NCBI GenBank assembly: GCA_963663965.2
Contig: CAXXFK010000042.1
Coordinates: forward strand, 1 to 64,000
DNA from: Sedimentisphaerales bacterium
Lineage (GTDB): Bacteria; Planctomycetota; Phycisphaerae; Sedimentisphaerales; SM23-30
Reading direction: 5' to 3'
DNA length: 64,000 nucleotides
The position numbers were made by a program, and so were the translations under genes. The notes under the pieces were generated by a model. The model was given only the letters and a program-made list of their open reading frames with translations. It ran no database searches and was not told where the DNA came from. Position 1 is the first letter of the stretch. Every line of letters begins with the position of its first letter. Positions 41,194 to 50,870 of the stretch are shown in pieces.

Positions 41194-41547
41194 TCAACCT
41201 CCTGCTTTTTTGACTGTCCATCCCTTCTTTTGCAAGGTTTCCACCAGTTTGTCCCGATGTTCACCCTGAATCTCGATGACTCCATCTTTGACGGTACCAC
41301 CGCAACCACAGCGGGCTTTTAATTCGCCGGCCAGTATTTTCAGTTCCTCAAGCCCCAGCGGAACACCGGTGATGAGGGTAACTCCTTTACCTTTTCGTCC
41401 TTTAGTCTGGCGACTGACGCGGACAATACCATCGCCGGCAGGTGGTGCTAACTGATTCTGGCACCGGCATTGGGCCAGAGGTTGATTGCAACCGGGGCAC
41501 ATCCGGCCATGTTCAGTTGAATAAACCAGTCCGTTTGATTTTTTCAT
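41194..41547 (-). CDS. yciH: SUI1-family translation initiation factor
   Basis: LVYST, GIVRV.RQTKGRKGKGVT, LK..CG.GG.VKDG.IEIQGEHR. Confidence 0.93.
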   Translation of the reverse strand: MKKSNGLVYSTEHGRMCPGCNQPLAQCRCQNQLAPPAGDGIVRVSRQTKGRKGKGVTLITGVPLGLEELKILAGELKARCGCGGTVKDGVIEIQGEHRDKLVETLQKKGWTVKKAGG

Positions 41548-41586
41548 ATTAGACCTGAAAATATTCTGGCAGTATGAACGAGAGTT

Positions 41587-42939
41587 TTACAGGTTATATT
41601 CTTTAATCTTACGATAAAGTGTCCGTTCGCCGATCCCGAGCATTTTGGCGGCCATTTCGCGGTTGCCATTGACCATTTCAAGGGTACGTTTGATGGCGGT
41701 TCGTTCCAGTTCGGTCAGATTGACTCCGGCCAGGTTACTCAGTTCGGTTTCAGTAGTATCGCTGGTCTGATAGATTTCGACCGGCAGGTCGGCGACATCG
41801 ATGATTTCTTTATCGGCCAGAACCACCATCATTTTTACGCTGTTGCGCAATTCGCGGACGTTGCCGGGCCAGTCATAATTTTTCAGGATGCGCATCGCCG
41901 TGGCGGAATAGCCTTTGACTTCGCGATTTTCGGTTTGGGCGAATTCGTGGAGAAAATGATCCAGCAGCATGGGGATATCTTCGCGTCTTTCGCGGAGTGG
42001 CGGGATCTCGATATTGACGCCGCGAATCCGGTAATAGAGATCCTGGCGGAAAGATTTTTCTTCGATCATCGTTTCCAGATCCTGGTTGGTAGCGCTGATA
42101 ATGCGGACATCGACTTTATGGCCGGTGGTACTGCCGACTGGGGTGACGATCTGATCTTCGAGCACGCGCAGCAGTTTGGCCTGCATGTTCATGGGCATGT
42201 CGCCAATTTCATCGAGGAAGAGAGTGCCGCCGTCGGCCATAGCGAAAAAGCCCTTACGGTCGGTCATGGCCCCGGTAAAGGCACCTTTGACATGGCCGAA
42301 GAGTTCACTTTCGAGGAGGGTGTCACTCAGGCCGGCACAGTTAACCGGTTGGAAGGGGCCGTTTTTTCGCGGGGAATTGTAATGGATGGCTTCGGCGAGC
42401 AGTTCTTTGCCGACTCCGCTTTCACCTTGAAGCAGGACGGTAACGGTTGAACTGGAAGCCCGGCGAAGCATATCCAGCACTTTGAGCATGCGTGATGAAT
42501 CGCCGATGACGCCGGCGAAGTCGAATTTTTCTTCCAGGCGCTGCTGCAGGCGATGGTTATCGCGTTGCAACTGGACTTTCTGGGCGGCGCGATTGACAGC
42601 GTCACGCAGGCGGCTCAGGTCGATGGGTTTTTCGATATAGTCATAGGCACCATCTCGAATAGCCTGTTTGCAGGTTTCGATAGAACTGTGCGCGGTGATC
42701 AGGATGACTTCGCAGGGGCGGTCGCTTTTGACGACTTCATCTAAAACGACGAGCCCGTCGACCGGGCCACCCAGACGCAGGTCAGTGACTACAACAAATG
42801 GATCGCCCAGCCGGAAGATATCCATGCCTTCTTCGCCGCTGGTGGCGATCGTGATTTCGTAATCTCGTTCCATGGCCTCGGCCAAGGCGTCGGCATGGGC
42901 TTCTTCATCTTCGATAATTAAAACAGGTATTTTGCTCAT
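41587..42939 (-). CDS. Sigma54-dependent response regulator (NtrC family)
   Basis: REC domain (EDE, TDLRL), [37 protein letters not shown], Fis-type HTH. Confidence 0.95.
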   Translation of the reverse strand: MSKIPVLIIEDEEAHADALAEAMERDYEITIATSGEEGMDIFRLGDPFVVVTDLRLGGPVDGLVVLDEVVKSDRPCEVILITAHSSIETCKQAIRDGAYDYIEKPIDLSRLRDAVNRAAQKVQLQRDNHRLQQRLEEKFDFAGVIGDSSRMLKVLDMLRRASSSTVTVLLQGESGVGKELLAEAIHYNSPRKNGPFQPVNCAGLSDTLLESELFGHVKGAFTGAMTDRKGFFAMADGGTLFLDEIGDMPMNMQAKLLRVLEDQIVTPVGSTTGHKVDVRIISATNQDLETMIEEKSFRQDLYYRIRGVNIEIPPLRERREDIPMLLDHFLHEFAQTENREVKGYSATAMRILKNYDWPGNVRELRNSVKMMVVLADKEIIDVADLPVEIYQTSDTTETELSNLAGVNLTELERTAIKRTLEMVNGNREMAAKMLGIGERTLYRKIKEYNL

Positions 42940-43047
42940 GACGGAACACTGTATCGATTCGCCGGGTAAATTGCAAGGAAAGACTGCCAAAATGACAGAA
43001 TTTTGGTAAAGTTGTGGTAAAAAATGAAGTTATGATCATGGAATTGG

Positions 43048-44139
43048 TCAGGGCATGGGTGCCACCACGGGCCAGTCCTCTTTCCAGACAATGGTTGAAA
43101 TCTGCAGATAGGAGCGTCCAAACTGGGCGTCGTAGGCGTGGCAGATGAGATAATCGGTGTTGTTATCATGGAAGACGGCCTGGTGTCCGACACCATGCCA
43201 TTTTTCAGTGGCGGCGGCAAGGATCTGAGTTCCGCCGCCAATAGCCATGTCGATACCGTTCTGATCAAGGTAGGGGCCGGTGAGGTCGTGGGAGCGTCCG
43301 ACGATAACGTTGTAGGTGCTGTTGACACCCCGACAGCAGAAATCGGCCGAGACAAAAAGATACCACCATTTGCCGTGTTTGATGATGAAAGGCGCTTCGA
43401 TAGCACCTTCAACCGGTGGGGTGACATGTTCGCTGCCGCGCGGCCGGGCGCAGAGGGTATAGAGGGTTGTGTTATCCGTGGAGAACATGCCGGTTTGGGG
43501 ATCAAGCTGACGCATTTTGATGCCGCCCCAGAAACTGCCCCAACAGAGCCAGACGGAATCTTTATCTTCGTATACCAGGTTGGCGTCAATCGCGTTGAAG
43601 TCATCCTGGCCGGCGGTAGAGCGGACTACCATGCCGTGATCGATCCATTTGTTGTCGGGGCTGTTCGGGTCAAGGGTGGTGTTGGTGGCGAGTCCGATGG
43701 CGGAGTTGTTGCGGCCGAAGGTTGAGATGGAGTAGTAGAGGTGGTATTGGCCGTTGAAATAGGAGATATCGGGGGCCCAGGAGCCGCGCGTGCCGGGGAT
43801 TTGCTCGGTACACCATGCGGGGAGTTGATCGAAGACGTAGCCGCAGCGCTGCCAGTTGATCATGTCTTTGGAGCAGCGGATTGGGATAATACCACCGCGA
43901 CGACCGCCTCCGCCAGTGCAAAACAGATAATAGGTGTCGCCTTCCTTGATCATGACCGGATCGTGTACGAAGGTATCGCCTTTGGGTTCGAAACGGATGG
44001 GTTCGTTTGGAATGGTCAGGGATTGACATCCGGCGAGATAGATGATCAGGATAAACGCAATGGCTGGCAGGAAAGCCGATTTAGAGAAGTCGCTGGAAGC
44101 AGGGGATCGATGGGGATGCTTTAATTTTGAGTTACGCAT
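43048..44139 (-). CDS. GH43 endo-1,5-alpha-L-arabinanase (lipoprotein)
   Basis: LAGC lipobox; VHDP, WAPD, NAIDAN, GSFWGGIK, IEAP, CCRG..STY, GH. Confidence 0.92.
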   Translation of the reverse strand: MRNSKLKHPHRSPASSDFSKSAFLPAIAFILIIYLAGCQSLTIPNEPIRFEPKGDTFVHDPVMIKEGDTYYLFCTGGGGRRGGIIPIRCSKDMINWQRCGYVFDQLPAWCTEQIPGTRGSWAPDISYFNGQYHLYYSISTFGRNNSAIGLATNTTLDPNSPDNKWIDHGMVVRSTAGQDDFNAIDANLVYEDKDSVWLCWGSFWGGIKMRQLDPQTGMFSTDNTTLYTLCARPRGSEHVTPPVEGAIEAPFIIKHGKWWYLFVSADFCCRGVNSTYNVIVGRSHDLTGPYLDQNGIDMAIGGGTQILAAATEKWHGVGHQAVFHDNNTDYLICHAYDAQFGRSYLQISTIVWKEDWPVVAPMP

Positions 44140-44332
44140 GCTAATAATCCTTTCCGTTACGATTGAAAATCAGTTTAGAGTTATAACGGGATAAACTCGC
44201 GATTTATTGTATGGATAATATCAGCCTGCATCCAGAGGTTGGGAGCGGCTATGTGCGCACGTGGATTGGTCCGACTTGAATTCTGGATCAAGACGGTAGC
44301 TAGAATGTATGGTTGTGGTAGTTGAGGTTACT

Positions 44333-45172
44333 TTATTTCTTATCCTCCTGGATGGGGATGTCGGCGGGTGGTTTGGTGGGGATGCCGAGGGCGTGGAGGG
44401 CTTCTTCGCCGTTCTGCTGGGAGAAGGTGTTGAGGGCTTCGTAGCGGTTACAGGCGTAACTGAAGACCTGGTCGTCAGTTACGCTGTGGTCTTTCATCAA
44501 TTCGGGGAGTCGGTCTTTGATGTATTCGGGGGCGAGTTTGGCTTCGCTGGGGTGTGTGGGGATTCTGGGTGGGTCGGGGATGTGGACGCGGGGTAAGTCG
44601 GGAAATGGGTACTCTGGGGGGTAGGCATTGGGTTCGTTTGGTTTTTGTTGTAATTGCAACTGTTGCAGTAGCTTAAGATTGGCCTGGAAGGTACGATTGA
44701 GGTGGGCTTCGTAGCGGGCCAGGCAGTTGAAGGCGGGGACTTCGAGGGTGAAGGCGGTGCCGACTTCGTTGTGGCGGGGCAGGTAGATACTCGAATGGGC
44801 GAAGGGCTGGTCGATGACGGTGTCTTTGCGAATTTCTTCGTTGGTGAGTCGGAGTTGATAGACGCGGGCATCGATCATTTCGGCTTCGATGCGGCCGATC
44901 CGTTCCAGTCGCCAGGCGGTGGAGACTATCTGGTCGGCGATGTGGCGCTGGAGATAGGTGGTGGGTTTGAGGTCTTGCAGCAATGCGGCGCGGAACTCGA
45001 GGTAAGTGAGTTCGGACTCGCCGGGGACAATGAGATGGGCGGGGTCCCGGCCACTGAGGCCGTGCTTGATGGCATTTTTCGATGAGATGGCCTTGCCTTC
45101 GGGGGTTTTGGGGCCGGTGGATTTCTGGGCGTTGCGACGGTTGGCTCTGAGTCTTCTTAGTGACGATGACAT
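44333..45172 (-). CDS. Uncharacterised RRNAQKSTGP-family protein (N-terminus related to the HGGxSTG motif)
   Basis: ANRRNAQKSTGPKTPEGKAISSKNAIKHGL, WRLERI.R.E, L.RYE..L.R, then QKPNEPN and a Pro-rich tail; AGGAGG RBS. Confidence 0.85.
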   Translation of the reverse strand: MSSSLRRLRANRRNAQKSTGPKTPEGKAISSKNAIKHGLSGRDPAHLIVPGESELTYLEFRAALLQDLKPTTYLQRHIADQIVSTAWRLERIGRIEAEMIDARVYQLRLTNEEIRKDTVIDQPFAHSSIYLPRHNEVGTAFTLEVPAFNCLARYEAHLNRTFQANLKLLQQLQLQQKPNEPNAYPPEYPFPDLPRVHIPDPPRIPTHPSEAKLAPEYIKDRLPELMKDHSVTDDQVFSYACNRYEALNTFSQQNGEEALHALGIPTKPPADIPIQEDKK

Positions 45173-45226
45173 GGTTGGTACCTCCTGTTAAAAATAGGTT
45201 AAAAGTTAAATCAGTCGAATCTTTGA

Positions 45227-45800
45227 TAAGTTTAAGTTTTGGTTGATGTTATGGTCATATTTTTTGTTGTTGGCTTCGTTTCGTTTTATGTTGGTATTCG
45301 CTGCGCTCATGTTAGTTTTATCTATCTCTTTTGCGAGATATCCTGTCGGTACGCCTCTACGAGGCGAGGGTTAAAAATTTCAATCTCATGATCGTTACCC
45401 AGGGTGGCGCTCGTCCCGTTATACGGGATTCGCTCTACCCTGGGCTGTTTTATGCCGGCCCGTTGGGCTGCTTTGGGTATCCGCCATTTGGCGGATGAAA
45501 TTATTATTTTCGTTAAGCTCATTTTGTGGTTGAGGTTATGGTCATTATTTTCATCATTGGGTTCGTTTCGTTTAGCATTAGTTTTCGCTGCGCTCATGTT
45601 GGTTTTATCTATCTCTTTTGCGAGATATCCTGCAGGTACGCCTCTGCGAGGCGTGGGTTAAAAATATACGTTTCGGATTCGGGTATTCCCGCCAATGAAT
45701 TGGCGGGCTAGGCGCTTTTGATCTCTCCGAGATATTATTTGTATCCGCCTTGAGGCGGATGTTGTTTTATTTTTTGGTAAGCCCAATTCATATTGGAGTT
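45227..45800. repeat. Left part of hairpin-rich tandem array (units 1-2)
   Basis: Core TTCGCTGCGCTCATG at 45297 and 45584; same modules as 49414-50870. Confidence 0.92.
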
Positions 45801-45804
45801 CACA

Positions 45805-45852
45805 AGGCGACGCATGCACCCACAAGCTGCGCTTGAAGGGTGGCACCCGGCA
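45805..45852. repeat. Solo REP-like palindrome
   Basis: CACCCACAAGCTGCGCTTGAAGGGTG followed by GCACCCGG. Confidence 0.5.
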
Positions 45853-46124
45853 CACAGCTTAACCCCCAAAAATGCGCAGAGAATCTCTGTAGGCGTGGCC
45901 GAGTGGGTGTGGGGCACACCGGGGGTTCGGGGGCTATTGGGGCGACTTTGGGATTATAGACTGGTGTTGTAATATAGTCAAATAAATAATATAGTATTGT
46001 GTAATAAAAACACAAATATATTTAAGTTTCGTTATGAATAAATATGGGACAAATGGGGCCGATGGGACGTATGTGAGTGTAAGATACTGAAATGTATGTT
46101 GTTATGGTGAATATGGTGGTGGGA

Positions 46125-46176
46125 TTGGGAATAATGGGAATAATGGGAATAATGGGAGTTATGGGAGTTATGGGAA
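46125..46176. repeat. 9-bp tandem repeat (ATGGGAATA / ATGGGAGTT, about 6 copies)
   Basis: ttgggaata atgggaata atgggaata atgggagtt atgggagtt atgggaact; a degenerate run also occurs at ~46045-46073. Confidence 0.85.
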
Positions 46177-46228
46177 CTTTGGGAGGAGATCTTTGGGGTA
46201 ATGTCTTTAAACTAGTATTCACTGTGAT

Positions 46229-46537
46229 TCATAAATGCTGGTCGCCGGGGTTCTCCGCGAACAGCCGGTAGCCGCTGCGGGTGATGGCGGTCAGGCGGTA
46301 GGTGGTTCCGGGCGGGCCGGCGGTGAACTGGCCGGCGGGGTCGGTGGTGACGGTGATGGTGCGAGACTCGCCGCCGTCAGGCGGGGCAATTTCCAGCCGG
46401 AGGGCGGCCTGGCCGACCGGTTCGCCGTACTGGTCCACAACGCGGTCGGTGCCCTCGGCCGGCCGGGGCAACAGGGTCAGGATGGTCAGGATCAATACGG
46501 CGGACAGTGAAAGGATGGTTCGTTGATGGTGCTGCAT
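46229..46537 (-). CDS. Small secreted protein or fragment with a carboxypeptidase-regulatory-like beta-sandwich
   Basis: Signal peptide; RVVDQYGEPV.QA...TTD..G.F pattern; GC-rich; AAGGAG RBS; ends abruptly at AT-rich sequence. Confidence 0.55.
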   Translation of the reverse strand: MQHHQRTILSLSAVLILTILTLLPRPAEGTDRVVDQYGEPVGQAALRLEIAPPDGGESRTITVTTDPAGQFTAGPPGTTYRLTAITRSGYRLFAENPGDQHL

Positions 46538-46720
46538 ATCGGGCTCCTTTGTTTTTAGGGCTTGCTGGAATTTTGCTTCATTGTTTGCGGAATTTCTATC
46601 AGGGTATTATTGCACTCTTTGTTATCACTGGTTTTATTGGTTCGTCTTTCTGATTTGTTGTCTTAATCCATCCACAAGTTTCACTGCGTTACGCTTGAAG
46701 TGTTATGTAAATTTTGGTCT

Positions 46721-47092
46721 TTATTCGAAACTAAATGAGAATAATTTATCTGTAATCAATAATAATACTGACCGACATTTTAATTCAAAACTATTTTCGT
46801 CATCATGCAAGACACAAAGATGTTCATCTTCCATTTCGTTATTAGAGTATTCAATAGTTAATGTTAATTCATTATATCTAAATTTTCCACAAAAGAAATC
46901 GCATCCTAAACAGCATATATACAAATGTTCTTCTTTATCATCCCTACTCAAACGAATAGCAAATCTTCTCCCTAATGATATAGTATAATGCCATAATTTT
47001 GCTTCTGACGCCTCCCATTGTCTTAATACAGGTGGTATTTGTTGGGGGGAAAAAGTAGAATCTACTTGTTTATGAACTCTGTCCCATTCCAT
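46721..47092 (-). CDS. Putative Rhs immunity protein
   Basis: Small AT-rich ORF overlapping the toxin stop codon. Confidence 0.65.
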   Translation of the reverse strand: MEWDRVHKQVDSTFSPQQIPPVLRQWEASEAKLWHYTISLGRRFAIRLSRDDKEEHLYICCLGCDFFCGKFRYNELTLTIEYSNNEMEDEHLCVLHDDENSFELKCRSVLLLITDKLFSFSFE

Positions 47093-48198
47093 TTCACATG
47101 ATCTCCATTTTTTATGAATTTTACTTTGTCCAAAAGATTTTCTTCGATCAAATAATTTAGTTCAGCATTCGTAATATTGCCACATGAAAAACCTTTAGAT
47201 CTATCTTTTAAAAATATCTGTACATCAAAGTTAGACACATCAAAAACAATCTCATCTGCATTTTTAACGGCCTCTTCAAATGATTTTCTAAAATAAAAAT
47301 CATTCCCCCATGCTCTCCCCCAATCAACTCTTGTCAGGCCAGCTTTTTGCCAACCACCTTCATAATATTTTATAACACCTCTTGGCAATCGATGAAGATC
47401 ATCATCAAGGCCTAATCCAATTATTCTCTTTTTATTGTTAGAAGTCAATCCGTATTTACTGTTTATCAAGTTTATTTCATTAACAAAATCATCTCCAATT
47501 TTAATCCATTCTTGTCGATTGATAGCAGGAAAATCGTCGATTGATCCACTAATATAATTTGTGCTCAATTTTGGAAATCTGGAATTTGTCCATTGTAAAG
47601 ACTGTAATTTGGCTCCTATCTTTTGAAATGCAATATTCTCAATAATACCGTAAGCAATATTACCACTCGCCATACCAACAACCGGAGCGTTACCACAAGA
47701 TAAATCAGCTTTATATTGACTGATCATTATTGATACATGTTCAGCTGATACATTTGTTAATGCCGCCATAAATGCCATCTCTTGAGTAGCATAATTATTT
47801 TTGCATTTATCGTATTCAATGAAAAAAGGCGTGGCGACAGTAGTAACAACTCCTTGAAATTTATTGATAGTCTCCGGCGGAGGGGTTTTAAAGAAATTAT
47901 CTACACTCTCAACAGTATTCGCCACATTAACAACAATTTGTGCTGCTCCAACTTTAATTACGGTCTCAACATTATCAGAGAATTGACTTGCTTTTCGTGT
48001 ACCTGGGCGAAATCCATATTTATTGAAATAAGAATCTTCAATTAATTCATAACGTTTCTGTTGCCTTTCCAACCCCAACAAATCCACCCCATTCACGCCC
48101 ATATAGGCGTTATAGAGGTTCAGGCCATCGGCGTATCCGGCCGGGTCTTCGCTGAGCCAGCGGCCGTGGACGGGGTCGTAGTCGCGGAAGTGGGTATG

Positions 48199-48291
48199 CG
48201 CCCATCGGGCGTTTCTATCGTGTCAGCATCAGGGCGGATATTAATCTGAAGATTCGTTGACAGACTATCACAAATGAATGAGGCAATGCCT
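48199..48291. mobile_element. 93-bp palindrome-ended insertion in the Rhs core
   Basis: Interrupts FTGK|HTHFRDY; ends carry CGCCCATCGGGCG and GAGGCAATGCCTC palindromes. Confidence 0.65.
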
Positions 48292-48438
48292 CTTACCCGT
48301 AAAGGGATCGCGAACCATGCCGCACCAGCCGAAGGGGATATATCGGGAACGGCCGATATTGTAGCCGGTATTGTCGGGGGTGTTTTCGGTGGTTCCATCT
48401 GCCGCAAAGGATTTGCACAGGCCGGTGGAATTGTATAC

Positions 48439-48540
48439 CCAATGGGTATGAATATTCCTGATCGCTCGCAAGCTAAGTTTTTACTCGTGTAGAACTAATG
48501 CACGGCCCAGCGGGCATTTTCAATGGTAAGCTGCAGAATT
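48439..48540. mobile_element. 102-bp insertion in the Rhs core
   Basis: Interrupts VEKL|VYNSTG; palindrome ATACCCAATGGGTAT at the junction. Confidence 0.6.
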
Positions 48541-48701
48541 GAGCTTTTCGACGAGCTGGCCTACGTTCGCACTGCCGGGTGTGGCATCGACCACGCCCAT
48601 CAGCGTGCCGCGGTCGTCGGTGATGGGCACATAGACCGTTTGCGGGGTGGTCTGGCCATTATAATTTTCGACCAGGGCCAGCCGGTTGATGCCTTCTTCA
48701 G

Positions 48702-48882
48702 AGAGCACCTGACAAAATAAGTTATCTACTCCGACCGGCTGCAAAAGTCACCCGCTGCGTTCTCGGGGCAAAACATCCTCGACAACCCATAGCAGGGTTG
48801 CCTGCGGGTGTTTTACCCCTGCGGCCTTGCCGGTAACTTTTTCGCTCGGTCTCGTTACGATAATTATTCAGTCAGGCACTCT
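48702..48882. mobile_element. 181-bp MITE in the Rhs core
   Basis: IRs AGAGCACCTGAC..AATAA / TTATT..GTCAGGCACTCT; removal restores RRYYTEEGIN. Confidence 0.75.
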
Positions 48883-49413
48883 TATAGTAGCGGCGTTTGA
48901 GCTTGTTTTGCAGCGCGGCCGGGGCCGAATCGGCATACCATTCCTCCACGAGCATGACCCCGTCGTAAACCAGTTCCTTGTCGTGGAATTCGCTGGAGGC
49001 CGGCAGACTGGCAGGATTGCCGCTACCGGTGGGCCATTTGTAATAATGGCCCACGCGCCGGCCGAAGGCGTCGTAGCGGTAATAGACTTCGACAGGGATG
49101 TCAGCATCTGGGCTGTCGCCATCCTGCGTCTTGTCGATGACCCGGGTACAGCGCGAATCGGGGAGATTGTCGTTCCACTGGTAGCGGTGGTGATAATCTT
49201 CGTCGATATGGCCGGTATTGGCGGCGCTATAGCCAAAATAGAGGTTGCCGGGGATCTGGTCCGGGACCATGTGGGTGATTTCAACAGAACACAGGCGGGC
49301 GTTTTGCGACCCGGCGCGAGAAAGAGTAAGCTTGCGGTCCGCGCCGACAAAAACGGTCTGTTCGCCGGCGAGGAGGGGTTCGGTCTGACTGGGCGATTTG
49401 ATATTTATTCATG

Positions 49414-50870
49414 TTGGGTTTCCCGTTAGATCGGGATTTTGCTGTGCTCAACGTTTTGTGTTGGTATTCGCTGCGCTCATGTTAGTTTTATCTATCTCTT
49501 TTGCGAGATAACCTGGCGGTACGCCTCTGCGAGGCGTGGGTTAAAATTTTAATTTCGGGTTTGGTACCCAGGGTGTCGCTCGTCCCGATGGATCGGGACT
49601 CGCTCTGCCCTGGGCTATTTTATGCCGGCCCGTTGGGCCGCTTTGGGTATCCGCCATTTGGCGGCTGTTCGTTTTATTTTTAGTTAAGCTCATTTTAACG
49701 CTGAGGTTAGAGTGACATTTTTTCATCATTGGGTTCGTTTTGAATTTGGTATTCGCTGCGCTCATGGTTAGTTTTATCTATCTCTTTTGCGAGATATCCT
49801 GTCGGTACGCCTCTGCGAGGCGTGGGTTAAAAGTTTCAAACTCGGGTTCGGGTATTCCCGCCAATGAATTGGCGGGCTATGCGCTTTTGATCTCTTCGAG
49901 ATATCATTTGTATCCGCCTTGAGGCGGATGAGTTTTTATTTTTTGTTAAGCTCATTTCGTTGGTGAGGTTAGGGTTATTATTTTCATCATTGGGTTTCCC
50001 GATAGATCGGGATTATGCTGTGCTCAACGTTTTGTATTGGTATTCGCTGCGCTCATGGTTGGTTTTATCTATCTCTTTTGCGAGATATCCTGGCGGTACG
50101 CCTCTGCGAGGCGTGGGTTAAAAATTTAATTTCGTGTTTGTTACCCAGGGTGGCGCTCGTCCCGATGGATCGGGACTCGCTCTGCCCTGGGCTATTTTAT
50201 ACTTGCCCGTTGGGCCGCTTTGGGTATCCGCCGTTCGGCGGATGTTTTTTTATTTTTTGTTAAGCTCATTTTAACGCTGAGGTTAGAGTGACATTTTTTC
50301 ATCATTGGGTTTCCCGATAGCTCGGGATTTTGCTGTGCTCAACGTTTTGTAATGGTATTCGCTGCGCTCATGGTGGTTTTATCTTTCGCCTTCGGTGCGA
50401 AATCCTGCAGGTACGCCTCTGCGAGGCGTGGATTAATCAAAGTAGCAAGCAGGAAGTAGCAAAGTTTTCCCGCCAATGAATTGGCGGGCTAGGCGCTTTT
50501 GATCTCTTCGAGATATTATTTGTATCCGTCCTCCTGAGGCGGACCTGCGGCCTTGAGGCGGATGAGTTTTTATTTTTTGTTAAGCTCATTTCGTTGGTGA
50601 GGTTAGGGTTATTATTTTCATCATTGGGTTTCCCGATAGATCGGGATTTCGCTGTGCTCAACGTTTTGTATTGGTATTCGCTGCGCTCATGGCTGGTTAA
50701 ACCAGGATGGGCAACCGGGGGTTGCCCATGCTACGTTATCTTTCGCCTTCGGTGCGAAATCCTGTCGGTACGCCTCTGCGAGGCGTGGAAAAAATTAAAA
50801 AACAATCGTTGACCGGCGGTCTTACGACCCCGGCTAGAAACGGTCGGCTCCTCCTGAGGCGGATCTTCGA
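49414..50870. repeat. Right part of hairpin-rich tandem array (units 3-7)
   Basis: Core TTCGCTGCGCTCATG at 49467, 49752, 50043, 50358, 50677 (periods 285, 291, 315, 319 bp). Confidence 0.95.

Larger units (their letters stand above)
47062..49408 (-). pseudogene. 5'-truncated Rhs-core toxin gene with three insertions; intact ~335-aa C-terminal toxin region
   Basis: YRYDAFGRRV, PFGWCG..RD..TG, FRDYDP.HGRWLSEDPAGYADGLNLY, cleavage motif VNGVDLLGL. GC-rich core switches to an AT-rich C-terminus at ~48100. Confidence 0.88.

Noticed and set aside
45227..50870. CRISPR array
   Set aside because: Units are ~300 bp, the variable parts recur (A/B) instead of being unique 30-40 nt spacers, and no cas genes are present.
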